Below, in pieces: positions 8,664-17,394 of a DNA stretch of 64,000 nucleotides. Origin of the DNA: Rickettsiales bacterium (lineage in GTDB: Bacteria > Pseudomonadota > Alphaproteobacteria > Rickettsiales > UBA998); assembly GCA_046348685.1 (NCBI GenBank), contig JAXMDT010000003.1, forward strand, positions 131,749-195,748. The letters run 5' to 3'. The notes under the pieces are model-generated. The model ran no database searches and was not told where the DNA came from. It saw nothing but the letters and a program-made list of their open reading frames with translations. Both the position numbers and the translations under genes were made by a program. How positions within the stretch are numbered: the first letter of the stretch is position 1; every line of letters begins with the position of its first letter.

Positions 8664-9380
8664 TTAGGCGAAATGCTCCGCCGCTTTGCGCAGCATGCGC
8701 GCACGTCGGTTGACGTTTCGCACAAGCTGTTTGACGAGAATAAAGATTAGCACGGCATTCAAACTGTGCCAGAGAAAATGTGTGCCAAAGGGAATCATGT
8801 CACAGACATAGTTATCAACAGAACGGAAAAACAGCGAAACGACTCCGATGATTGAAGCGACGAGAAATTTTCGCGCTGAAAAACGGCGCTTCATATTTAG
8901 GTGCAGTGCAAAAAGAATTAGCGCAGTCATGCTGGAAAGATAACCAATCGAATCATTCATGGCATTTGGAAATGCGTTTACCAGCATATGCGTGCCGCCT
9001 GCATAGGCGACGAGTCCGATAAAGGCCTGCAGCCAGTTGCACTTAGCAATGCGGAACAAGGCGCTCGTAAAGTAGATCACGATGAACCCGACAATAAAGC
9101 TCATGTCGAGCAGCTCGGTAAGTTGGGAAGGCATGGTATGGAAAAAGAAGCTGGCGATTCCAATGCAGAAAGTCAGCAGGACTAGAAGGTAAATATCCCA
9201 GATCCAAAATCCCTTTAGGTCATCGCGAATGCTGAGCATGTAGCGCAGTAGTAGTATTGCTGCGATGATAAAGCCGAGGTTGGTGATGGTATTTAACGGT
9301 TCGCCAAAAAAATAGGTGGGATCAGTACGTTCACATAACCCGTAATGATGGCTTATTTCAGTATTCGCTCCTTCATTCAT
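8664..9380 (-). CDS. Ceramidase-family (CREST-type 7TM hydrolase-like) membrane protein, paralog 2
   Basis: 238 aa and clearly paralogous to 7963-8649: 'LCERTDPTYFFGEPLNTITNLGFI' and 'GTHFLWHSLNAVLIF'. The two genes are 14 nt apart. Confidence 0.5.
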   Translation of the reverse strand: MNEGANTEISHHYGLCERTDPTYFFGEPLNTITNLGFIIAAILLLRYMLSIRDDLKGFWIWDIYLLVLLTFCIGIASFFFHTMPSQLTELLDMSFIVGFIVIYFTSALFRIAKCNWLQAFIGLVAYAGGTHMLVNAFPNAMNDSIGYLSSMTALILFALHLNMKRRFSARKFLVASIIGVVSLFFRSVDNYVCDMIPFGTHFLWHSLNAVLIFILVKQLVRNVNRRARMLRKAAEHFA

Positions 9381-9492
9381 ACGTCTATACTACCATTTTA
9401 TTTACGAATACTCAAAATATTTATTAATAATCAAATGCTTTTATTGCATTGCAGCAATCTACATTGATGTTTTATTTGGTAGCGTTCCAGGT

Positions 9493-9521
9493 CTTGATAC
9501 CAAAAAAGTGCATTCCTATAT
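9493..9521 (+). promoter_or_regulatory. Putative RpoH (sigma-32)-type heat-shock promoter for hsp20
   Basis: CTTGAT (9493-9498), a 16-nt spacer, then CCTATAT (9515-9521). This fits the alphaproteobacterial CTTG-N17/18-CYTATNT pattern and lies about 48 nt upstream of the hsp20 ATG. Confidence 0.4.
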
Positions 9522-9568
9522 TTCCATCATACGACGCTTTTATTAACTTTATGACAAGGAGGTTCATC

Positions 9569-10060
9569 ATGGGAAAAGTGTTCAGTATCATGCCGTGGCG
9601 GGATCTTTCCACGACTGGAGATGACACAGGTTGGCATTCGTTGCAGCGGCTGCAGCGTGATGTCGATACTATTTTTGACCGCATTTTGCAGGGTTCGGTG
9701 ACTGGGCGCAGCTCTGAGGTGCAGGGTTTTGCGCCGCGTCTAGACATTGCAGAGTCTTCAGAGGCTTATCATTTAACCGCCGAACTGCCGGGAGTTTCTG
9801 AAAAGGATATTGATCTTCAGATTAATGATGGAGTTCTAACTTTAAAGGGTGAAAAGAAATCTGAAGTTAAACAGGAAGATAAAAACTATCACCGTATCGA
9901 GCGACATTATGGCTCTTTCCAGCGTTCTATTGCGTTACCAGCGGAAGTAGATGAAGCTTCTATCAAGGCACGCTTCCAAAATGGTGTTCTGGAAATCGAT
10001 TTGCCTAAGGCAAAAGATCAGAAGCCAAAAAGCAAAAAGATCGAAATCGCATCCAGCTAA
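9569..10060 (+). CDS. Small heat-shock protein, Hsp20/alpha-crystallin family
   Basis: Alpha-crystallin core 'FAPRLDIAESSEAYHLTAELPGVSEKDIDLQINDGVLTLKGEKK...YHRIERHYGSFQRSIALP...GVLEIDLPK'. Start moved to ATG 9569, preceded by AAGGAGG. The listed 9449 extension has no support. Confidence 0.9.
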   Translation: MGKVFSIMPWRDLSTTGDDTGWHSLQRLQRDVDTIFDRILQGSVTGRSSEVQGFAPRLDIAESSEAYHLTAELPGVSEKDIDLQINDGVLTLKGEKKSEVKQEDKNYHRIERHYGSFQRSIALPAEVDEASIKARFQNGVLEIDLPKAKDQKPKSKKIEIASS

Positions 10061-10079
10061 TCCGGTTTTTCTCCTCAAA

Positions 10080-10113
10080 CCCTGCAATAGGCTGCTATTG
10101 CAGGGTTTTTTTA
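10080..10113 (+). terminator. Rho-independent terminator after hsp20
   Basis: An 11-bp perfect stem CCCTGCAATAG / CTATTGCAGGG with a GCTG loop, followed by a T run. Confidence 0.7.
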
Positions 10114-10215
10114 TTTTTTAGCATAAGATGACAATTCAGTTAAGCCGTGTCGCATTTCACTAGGAGTTGTGCGCTGCACCGCTATGCTGGCCCTAATTAA
10201 CAAAAAGTAATAATC

Positions 10216-13200
10216 ATGGCTTACGATAACACAATCCTGCTCAGCGCTAATCCGCTTGAAATCACCCACCATCTGACAAATCTTTACATTCAAGAATTAG
10301 GCACGACAGACCCTGCCATCGCAGCGCTGCTTAGTGAATTCAGAAATACAATCTGGCCTTTCGATGGGAAGTTGCCATCCCTCCAAGAAAAAGAAGGTAT
10401 CACAGAGCGTATAATCAACGCTGGCAAGATGCATAGCTATACCGCACAAAAGCAGCTTCTGACAGGTATGATGCGGTTAGGCCAGCTCTACGACGTAGCG
10501 GCAATAGCGGCGAGAGGTAATGCATTCGATCAGAATAGAATAAAGCATGGTGAGGATCGGGTTTCAGACTCAACGGGGGGTGTTGAAAATTTATTTGAAA
10601 CCTTTATCGAGCGCCATAAAACGAAAAGCGTGCTTGAACGTACTTCGGCAGGTTCATCAGATCAATATGCGCTACAATTCGATAAACAACCGAACTCAGT
10701 AATTCGAGACACACTTTCTGCGTTAAGTAAGCCTATTTTTGAAATGGTTATGACAACGCACCCCACTAATGTGAATGCGTTGGAAAGCCTTGAGCAGCTA
10801 AGAAACTTAGGAAAAGCGATTCATACTTATCGTAAGAACCAAGGCGATGACCTAAATCAACTGCAAGCAATGCAGGGTGCCGAGGAGCAAATAAAAACCG
10901 CCTTCAGCGGTTTGATGACGGTAGATGCTATCCCGATGAAGCATACGGAAAGTGGTAAAATTCCCGGCAAACTTTCAGTGCGCGGCGAAGTGGATATGGT
11001 GCTTTTCTACTTGAAAAGCCTGTATGATGATTTGCCTCAGGTTTATCGTGGCTTTGAACAACCGCTACGGCGCCTGCAACGTAAGCAGATTATTTCGCCT
11101 GACGAAATTTATAACCCTCTTGATTTAAAATTGAACATCCGTGCGAGTGCCTGGGGCCTTTCCGGTGACAAGGATGGTAACAAAAACATCAATGCCGATA
11201 CAACTCTGGAAGCGTTGTTAGCGACGAAAGTCGCGTTAATGGATTTATATTTGAAAGAAATTGCCGGTCTCTCCGAGAGTGTGCAGGCGCGGCTTCACAA
11301 CAAAATAAATGATTTCACGGAGCGAAAAACTGCCTACGAGAAAGGTTTGCAGGAGGTCGAGGAATTTATTGGTAGCGAGAAATTTATACCTGCAAGGAAA
11401 TTTAATGCGATCGTACGAAAACTACCAAAACCGGACAAAACGGAGGCGAGGGATTTTGTCGCGCTGTTAGAGGAGATTTATAACACTACGCCTGAAGAAG
11501 AGCGTGCAGGTCTCCTTACATTTATCCGGCGGGTGCGCTCGTTTGGATACCATTTTGCTAAAATCGAATACCGTGAGACTGCAGAAGAATATGCGCGAGT
11601 CGTAGCGGAAATCGTCCCCGGTTACAAAGCGCTCCATGAGCGTGGTATCGCCCTTAAAAACGATCTGGAGAATCTGGAAAATACCGCGCGGGTCGCTTCT
11701 CAAAGGGAAGGATTGCTTGCAGAATTCGCTGCAGTGGAAAAGGCTTCCAAAGCTATTGGTTCTGCTGAAAATCCGCTTACAGACGCGGAGTTGCGCGAAC
11801 GCATAAGACGCCTATCGCGTTCCGTAGATCCAGGCGATCAGGTGGAAACAGACGATGTTGGGCTTATGCCGTTGCAAAAAGGTGCGTTGCTGAAACGGCT
11901 TGATGCATTACGGGGAAAACTCCATGCTTTGAAATCTCCCGACGATATCCAGGATGATCGCCGAAAACTGCATCGGGAGCTGGACGAAATCGAGGCCAGG
12001 AAGCGATCTTTGCTAACGGAAGCACTCGATAATAACAAAGCACCGGCGATGTTGAAAAAGCACATGCGTCAGATTGTTGATGAAGGCAGCGCAAGACCCT
12101 ACGATAAAGAAACGGATCATCCGCGCAATGCAATGCCGATCGCGTATCATACTATTAAGCGGATGGAATTGGCTCGTGAATTCCCTGAGATGATCACAGC
12201 TAATGTCCTGGCGGAATGCCAGAATACCAGTAATATCCTGGAAGCCGTTTTCCTGCAGGCTGCCTGTGCGGATAAAAATGGCAAACGGCCCATAATGGGC
12301 GTCGTGCCGCTTTTTGAAGAACCCGACACCATGAAAAACGTGGGTACCATCATGGGCGATGCATATCGAAATCACGCATATGATAAACATATGAACCTTG
12401 TTGCCAAGCACCTGGGAGAAATGGGCTGGACTGATGGCGCCAAGCGCCAGCAGGTGCAGATCGCGCATAGTGATAATGCACGCCGCTCAGGATTTCTGGC
12501 GGCGCGCGCGTTTATCGACGAAGCGCATAAGGAGATTCGGGCGCTGAACAAGCAGTACAACATTAAGACCGAATTCTTCGAAGGAGGAAGTATCTCCGAT
12601 TCGTATCGTGGCGGCGTGCGCTCGATTTCGGCGGCGGTTAATGAATATGGTCTGCATGACTTTATGAAATTCACGTTTCAGGGCGGTGACCTGCCTAATT
12701 ATTTCGGTTCACCCGGCTCAACCGTTCGCTTGTTTACGCGGAATCTGGCGCACGCGGCAAAGCAGTTAAGCGACAACGGCGAAGCTGAGTATAAGGAAAC
12801 CGACTCCAATATCACCAACTATAGTGAAATTGCTCAGGAAGCACTCAAGAAAACCTTGCCGGATTACCAGAGAAATATCTTTAACCAGGCGATGATGGGT
12901 AATTTCATGAAATATGCAGTCGATCCCTATGGCAACGTGGGATCGCGCGCCGGGGCAAGGGGTGGCGCGGCGCAAACTGACCCGGATAAAGTACGCACCA
13001 TCGGATTCAGCGAAATGTTTCAACATGCAGGCGCACATCCTGCATGGCTGGGAGCCGAAACGCTCGCCGCTAATTTGGCGCAGGAGATTTTAACGCGCCT
13101 TCCCTCAACGGCAGGGCTTTATAGCGACTATGTGCCTGTCACTATGAAAAAAGGGGCGCAGGTGGAAGATGTTTTCTTTCTGCCCGCTGATGGAGATGTC

Positions 13201-13896
13201 AAAAAAGTAGATCCTGCCATTTATGGCGTTTTTTACGATAAATCTGCGGTGTTCCGAAATGCGGTGGATGGCATGGCATTTGGCTTAGCTGTCAGCAATC
13301 TCGATGCCTTGAAAAAGAATTATCCAATGCTTGCTGAAGATCCCTTTGTGAAGCGGATGGAAAGGGATTACCGTGCAGCAGCGCATATTGCGCTTGGCGC
13401 CCTGCACGAGCCTGCAAATGGCCCTGAAAAATTTACTGGAAACCATCGTGCGCGGGCACGCAAGGAAACGGATGCCCGCATGATTGCCCTCGACCCGACA
13501 GTACCGCTTTCAGTGCTAAGGGAAAAAATTCGTGAGCGGTTACCCCATCTGCAGGCATCGATTGAGCAAAAAGGTGCGTTGTTCGATGCGGTGGCAAGCA
13601 TGAAGTCCAGCTGGCGCCGGGATTGGGAATGGCAGGCGGCAGAGGAAAAAGACAGCACGTTCAAGGTGCCGCGCGAAGACGATATTCAGCATGGCTGGAT
13701 GCTGCATCTGGCGCATGGCGCTATCGATTCAGTGACGCACGGGCGCTACCTTATGGCGGATGATCCTATGTATATGCGGATGATCTATCCTGAATATTAT
13801 GCATCCTTAAGTACGAAGCGGAAGCTCCACCAGGAAGAGCCAACAAAGCTTCATATTCGGGTCGATACGCCGCAAGGTGGCAGAGCAGGACGTTAA
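10216..13896 (+). CDS. Phosphoenolpyruvate carboxylase-like protein, very long and highly divergent
   Basis: 1226 aa. PEPC landmarks are visible in the correct order. These are 'VMTTHPTNV' (cf VLTAHPTE), 'VVPLFEEPDTMKNV' (cf VVPLFE..DL.N), 'VQIAHSDNARRSGFLAA' (cf VMIGYSDSAKDAGVMAA) and 'FFEGGSISDSYRGG' (cf FHGRGGSIGRGG). They continue with 'KFTFQGGD' (cf RVTEQGE) and 'VRTIGFSEMFQHAGAHPAWLGAE' (cf [24 protein letters not shown]). Confidence 0.7.
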   Translation: MAYDNTILLSANPLEITHHLTNLYIQELGTTDPAIAALLSEFRNTIWPFDGKLPSLQEKEGITERIINAGKMHSYTAQKQLLTGMMRLGQLYDVAAIAARGNAFDQNRIKHGEDRVSDSTGGVENLFETFIERHKTKSVLERTSAGSSDQYALQFDKQPNSVIRDTLSALSKPIFEMVMTTHPTNVNALESLEQLRNLGKAIHTYRKNQGDDLNQLQAMQGAEEQIKTAFSGLMTVDAIPMKHTESGKIPGKLSVRGEVDMVLFYLKSLYDDLPQVYRGFEQPLRRLQRKQIISPDEIYNPLDLKLNIRASAWGLSGDKDGNKNINADTTLEALLATKVALMDLYLKEIAGLSESVQARLHNKINDFTERKTAYEKGLQEVEEFIGSEKFIPARKFNAIVRKLPKPDKTEARDFVALLEEIYNTTPEEERAGLLTFIRRVRSFGYHFAKIEYRETAEEYARVVAEIVPGYKALHERGIALKNDLENLENTARVASQREGLLAEFAAVEKASKAIGSAENPLTDAELRERIRRLSRSVDPGDQVETDDVGLMPLQKGALLKRLDALRGKLHALKSPDDIQDDRRKLHRELDEIEARKRSLLTEALDNNKAPAMLKKHMRQIVDEGSARPYDKETDHPRNAMPIAYHTIKRMELAREFPEMITANVLAECQNTSNILEAVFLQAACADKNGKRPIMGVVPLFEEPDTMKNVGTIMGDAYRNHAYDKHMNLVAKHLGEMGWTDGAKRQQVQIAHSDNARRSGFLAARAFIDEAHKEIRALNKQYNIKTEFFEGGSISDSYRGGVRSISAAVNEYGLHDFMKFTFQGGDLPNYFGSPGSTVRLFTRNLAHAAKQLSDNGEAEYKETDSNITNYSEIAQEALKKTLPDYQRNIFNQAMMGNFMKYAVDPYGNVGSRAGARGGAAQTDPDKVRTIGFSEMFQHAGAHPAWLGAETLAANLAQEILTRLPSTAGLYSDYVPVTMKKGAQVEDVFFLPADGDVKKVDPAIYGVFYDKSAVFRNAVDGMAFGLAVSNLDALKKNYPMLAEDPFVKRMERDYRAAAHIALGALHEPANGPEKFTGNHRARARKETDARMIALDPTVPLSVLREKIRERLPHLQASIEQKGALFDAVASMKSSWRRDWEWQAAEEKDSTFKVPREDDIQHGWMLHLAHGAIDSVTHGRYLMADDPMYMRMIYPEYYASLSTKRKLHQEEPTKLHIRVDTPQGGRAGR

Positions 13897-13960
13897 TCCG
13901 CAAAATTTGCTTGACTCTCCGCCTGTCTCAACGCATTAAGGAATTCGTTTTTTGACCCGT

Positions 13961-14036
13961 GGGGGCGTAGCTCAGTTGGTAGAGCGCCTGCTTTGCAAGC
14001 AGGATGTCGCGGGTTCAACTCCTGTCGCCTCCACCA
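13961..14036 (+). tRNA. tRNA-Ala (anticodon UGC)
   Basis: Hand-folded cloverleaf with acceptor GGGGGCG/CGCCTCC including the G3:U70 identity pair. Anticodon loop is TTTGCAA, T-loop is TTCAACT, and the CCA is encoded. 76 nt. Confidence 0.95.
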
Positions 14037-14060
14037 TTTTCCTGCTTTTAAAGTGTTTTT

Positions 14061-16334
14061 TTAGTTGAAATCGGCGAAGTTGCCTTCGGTCAGGCTCGCC
14101 AGTTCCGTATGCGTCACGCCTTGCAGACGGGCCACAAACTCAAGTGTATCATCAACTGCCGCTAAACTGCCTGGATTCGCGACTTCCGTAATTCGAACGA
14201 GACGGGCATCGGTCCCGTTGCTTACCAGCGCGTAAATAATATCTCCGGTTGCCAGATCGTCGGCAATGCCGCTCAGCGCCGAGTAGATATCTGCCTCAGA
14301 GAAACTGGCTACAGTATTCGTAGCGACGTAAATTCCGGCGTTGGCATCAAGGGTCTGCGCAGTGCTGGCGTTGCCTTGCGCGAATTCGATTCCAGTACCG
14401 CGCAGGCTGCCAACGCTTAGATCACTAAAGTCAATGACATCGGCCTCGCCGGTAAAGGCGTCGGTCACAAGGTCAATCAGTGTATCGCTCGCCGCAAGTT
14501 CAGCAATTTTATACGAGAAGGTATCCGCACCCAGTCCCCCGGATATTGTGTCAGCGCCAAGGCCGCCTGCGATGGTATCATTGGCGAGCCCGCCATTTAT
14601 ACTGTCTTCATTAGCGCCGCCTGTAATGCTGTCGCTGCCTTCTCCGCCGCGAATCGAGCTATCGGCAATACCGTCAAGGGCAATGCCTCCGTCCCCAGCA
14701 AGAATGGTATCGTTACCCGCACCTCCGGTGATCGTATCAACGCCATCGCCACCATTCAGGCTATCTGCCCCATCGCCACCGGTCAAAATGTCGTTGCCCG
14801 CGCCGCCGGTAAGGGCGTCACCCTTGCTGCCTGCAATCAATTGATCATTATTCGCCGTGCCGGAGAGGGCGGCTGTCGTCGTGCCGCCGACATTTGACAG
14901 GAAGACCGAGCCATCGCCAAAGGTCAGGTTTATCGCGGTGAATGTTCCGGCGTAATTCTGGAACACATAAGCACCGAGCCCTGCGCCAAAATTGTTTGTA
15001 AGTGTCGCTGACGAACCGAGATTGGTAGCGACAATGTCAATGGCAGAGCCACCGGATAGAGTAATTTGCGCCGAATCCGTTTTTTCGAAATTAGTAAATG
15101 TTACCGTCGCATCCGAGATCAGTGCAGAATCGTTGATCTTGAAGATATCATTTCCGGTGCCGCCATCAACCGTCAGCCCTGAGGAATTGGCGCGAGCGCC
15201 GCTGATAACGATCGTATCGGCCGCAACGCCGCCAAAAATCGCCAACGTTTCGCCCGCTGCAAGATTTGCAGTAGAAGTGATCGTATCCGCGCCGCCATTA
15301 CCATAAACGTAGGTATGATCGCCGGCGCTTCCGGAACCAACCAGAATGGTGTCGGCGGTATCGAGACTATCGCCTGCCCCGTTGCCACCGTAAATAGTTA
15401 CATTGCCCAGATGCGAGGTTGTATCAATGGTATCGGATCCGCGGTTTCCATAAATCAACAGCTTGCCTAGTGAACCCGTGCCGCCAATATCCCCTGATAT
15501 CGTGTCTGCTCCTGCACCGCCCGTCAAAATTTGTGACGCAGTAGCGGCAAAATCATCATAGAAAAGCACGTCATCACCGGCATTGCCATGCACGGCACTA
15601 TTGCCAAGGCCGCTGGTTAAAATATCAGCACCATCGACGGTATCGGCCGAGGTCGTATTGCCTAAAATGGTAATCGAGCCGGTGGCGCCGGCGCCGTTTA
15701 TCGTATCGTTGCCACGGCCACCGTACACATTAACAATACCTGCTGCATTACTGATGATTACGTTGTCGTCTCCAATTCCCACGCGCACGATAGATGTCTT
15801 GCCAAGACCTGTTGGATTCGTGAAAATAACAGTATCGTTACCGGCGTTGGTAAAAATATGATTGTTTCCGCTGGTGCCTCCACCGCCGTTAATAACAATG
15901 CGGTCCCCGCCGTCTGTTGTGTCGCTTTCACCTGTTCCCCCGTACACAATGTTGTCGTCGTTACCGACGGAAATCGTATCGGGGCCGCCCATGCCGAAAA
16001 GTACATTTGACTTATTCAAGTAAGACGATGCGCTACCGAACAGGTCGAGCGGCCCTAAATCAGTTTGGCTAAGGTCATCATCAGTCGTCGTAAGCATGTT
16101 GTCACCAACTACCAGATGGGAATTCGTTTCAGCGAAAATGAAATTACTGGTGGTGATCTGGGCAAGGCTTATGCCCTTCAACTTTGTAACCTGAGCGCCA
16201 TGCGTGATGGTAACTCCTGCGCCGCTTTGCGCATAAACATAATCGCTGGCGCTGCCGGGCAGATAAAGAACGTCAGCTGCGGCTGAGAAATTGGAAATAG
16301 TGCCTGCAATAGAATTATATTGTATAACTGACAT
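14061..16334 (-). CDS. RTX / hemolysin-type calcium-binding repeat protein (probable type I secretion substrate)
   Basis: 757 aa, Gly/Asp/Thr-rich. There is a block of canonical nonapeptides 'GGAGNDILTGGDGADSLNGGDGVDTITGGAGNDTILAG' and many looser G-x-G-x-D units upstream. It has no Cys and no N-terminal signal peptide. Confidence 0.85.
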   Translation of the reverse strand: MSVIQYNSIAGTISNFSAAADVLYLPGSASDYVYAQSGAGVTITHGAQVTKLKGISLAQITTSNFIFAETNSHLVVGDNMLTTTDDDLSQTDLGPLDLFGSASSYLNKSNVLFGMGGPDTISVGNDDNIVYGGTGESDTTDGGDRIVINGGGGTSGNNHIFTNAGNDTVIFTNPTGLGKTSIVRVGIGDDNVIISNAAGIVNVYGGRGNDTINGAGATGSITILGNTTSADTVDGADILTSGLGNSAVHGNAGDDVLFYDDFAATASQILTGGAGADTISGDIGGTGSLGKLLIYGNRGSDTIDTTSHLGNVTIYGGNGAGDSLDTADTILVGSGSAGDHTYVYGNGGADTITSTANLAAGETLAIFGGVAADTIVISGARANSSGLTVDGGTGNDIFKINDSALISDATVTFTNFEKTDSAQITLSGGSAIDIVATNLGSSATLTNNFGAGLGAYVFQNYAGTFTAINLTFGDGSVFLSNVGGTTTAALSGTANNDQLIAGSKGDALTGGAGNDILTGGDGADSLNGGDGVDTITGGAGNDTILAGDGGIALDGIADSSIRGGEGSDSITGGANEDSINGGLANDTIAGGLGADTISGGLGADTFSYKIAELAASDTLIDLVTDAFTGEADVIDFSDLSVGSLRGTGIEFAQGNASTAQTLDANAGIYVATNTVASFSEADIYSALSGIADDLATGDIIYALVSNGTDARLVRITEVANPGSLAAVDDTLEFVARLQGVTHTELASLTEGNFADFN

Positions 16335-16494
16335 AAGCTCTGCGCCTTAAATTGATATTACAATGACATAAGCATGAATCGTGCCAAGTGTAATCCTTAC
16401 CCATGAAAAATGGCTTAACGCATGGCTGCAAAGGCGCATTAACTAAAAAGTAGCAGTAGAGCCTTAGGATGAAACTGCACTATTGGGATCATTT

Positions 16495-17394
16495 ATGACC
16501 AAGATTCTTGCCGTCGATGATGAGGAATTTAATCTCGATATTCTTGTCGAATATCTGGAAGCGGAATCCTACACCGTCGTGCAGGCAACAAACGGCCAGG
16601 AAGCCTGGAAAAAACTCGAAGAAAATCCTGATGTCGCTGTGATCCTGCTGGATCGCATGATGCCGGTTATGGATGGAATGGCTTTCAATGCCAAAATCAA
16701 AGATGACAAGCGCTTCAAAGATATTCCAGTCATCATGCAGACGGCTGCCGCCGCACAGCACGAAGTGGAAGAGGGTATTAAGGCGGGTGTCTTTTATTAT
16801 CTGACCAAACCTTACCGCCGTGAAATGATGATGGGGATCGTCCGCTCAGCGATTTTGCACGGCGAATCCCTGCATACGATTTCTGAACAGTTGGACAAGA
16901 ACATCAGTGTACTCGGCCTGATGCGCCACGGCACATTTCAGTTCCAGACGCTGGAACAGGCGCATGTGCTGGCCAGCTTTATCGCTCAATGCTGTCCTGT
17001 TCCAACAAGTGCCAGCCTTGGTTTGAGTGAGCTTATGGTCAATGCAGTCGAGCATGGCAATCTGGGCATCACGTATGCGGAAAAATCAGCGTTGATTCAG
17101 TCAGGTACCTGGCAGCAGGAAGTGGAACGACGCCAGGCAGTACCTGAAAACCAGATGAAATTTGCTAAACTGGAATATCACCTGGATGGCGACTTGCTGC
17201 TTATTCGTATCAAAGATGAAGGCAAAGGCTTCGATGTCTCGCGCTATCTGAACATTGATCCGCTGCGTGCAACCCACCCTAATGGTCGCGGCATAGCCAT
17301 GGCGCGCCTGACAAGTTTTGATGATTTGGAATATATTGGCCCGGGAAATGAGGTGCTCTGTACCATTCGTCTCAAAAAGCACATGCTCAATTAG
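16495..17394 (+). CDS. Response-regulator receiver fused to RsbW/SpoIIAB-type serine kinase domain (HATPase_c_2)
   Basis: REC domain: 'KILAVDDEEFN...ILLDRMMPVMDG...TKP'. Kinase domain: N box 'ELMVNAVEHGN', G1 'DEGKGFD', G2 'GRGIAMAR'. Start set at ATG 16495; the listed TTG at 16483 is possible. Confidence 0.75.
   Translation: MTKILAVDDEEFNLDILVEYLEAESYTVVQATNGQEAWKKLEENPDVAVILLDRMMPVMDGMAFNAKIKDDKRFKDIPVIMQTAAAAQHEVEEGIKAGVFYYLTKPYRREMMMGIVRSAILHGESLHTISEQLDKNISVLGLMRHGTFQFQTLEQAHVLASFIAQCCPVPTSASLGLSELMVNAVEHGNLGITYAEKSALIQSGTWQQEVERRQAVPENQMKFAKLEYHLDGDLLLIRIKDEGKGFDVSRYLNIDPLRATHPNGRGIAMARLTSFDDLEYIGPGNEVLCTIRLKKHMLN

Noticed and set aside
9522-9568. Possible ROSE-type RNA thermometer in the hsp20 leader.
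   Set aside because: The leader downstream of the putative promoter is only about 40 nt. I could not fold a convincing hairpin that sequesters the AAGGAGG Shine-Dalgarno sequence, and no U(U/C)GCU anti-SD element is visible.
14341-15861. Plus-strand ORFs of 167, 104 and 92 aa (14341-14844, 14992-15306, 15583-15861) with periodic 'PSPP/APPV/SAPS' sequences inside the RTX gene.
   Set aside because: They are the antisense shadow of the GGxGxD nonapeptide repeats. Their periodicity mirrors the RTX frame, and they have no RBS or independent support.
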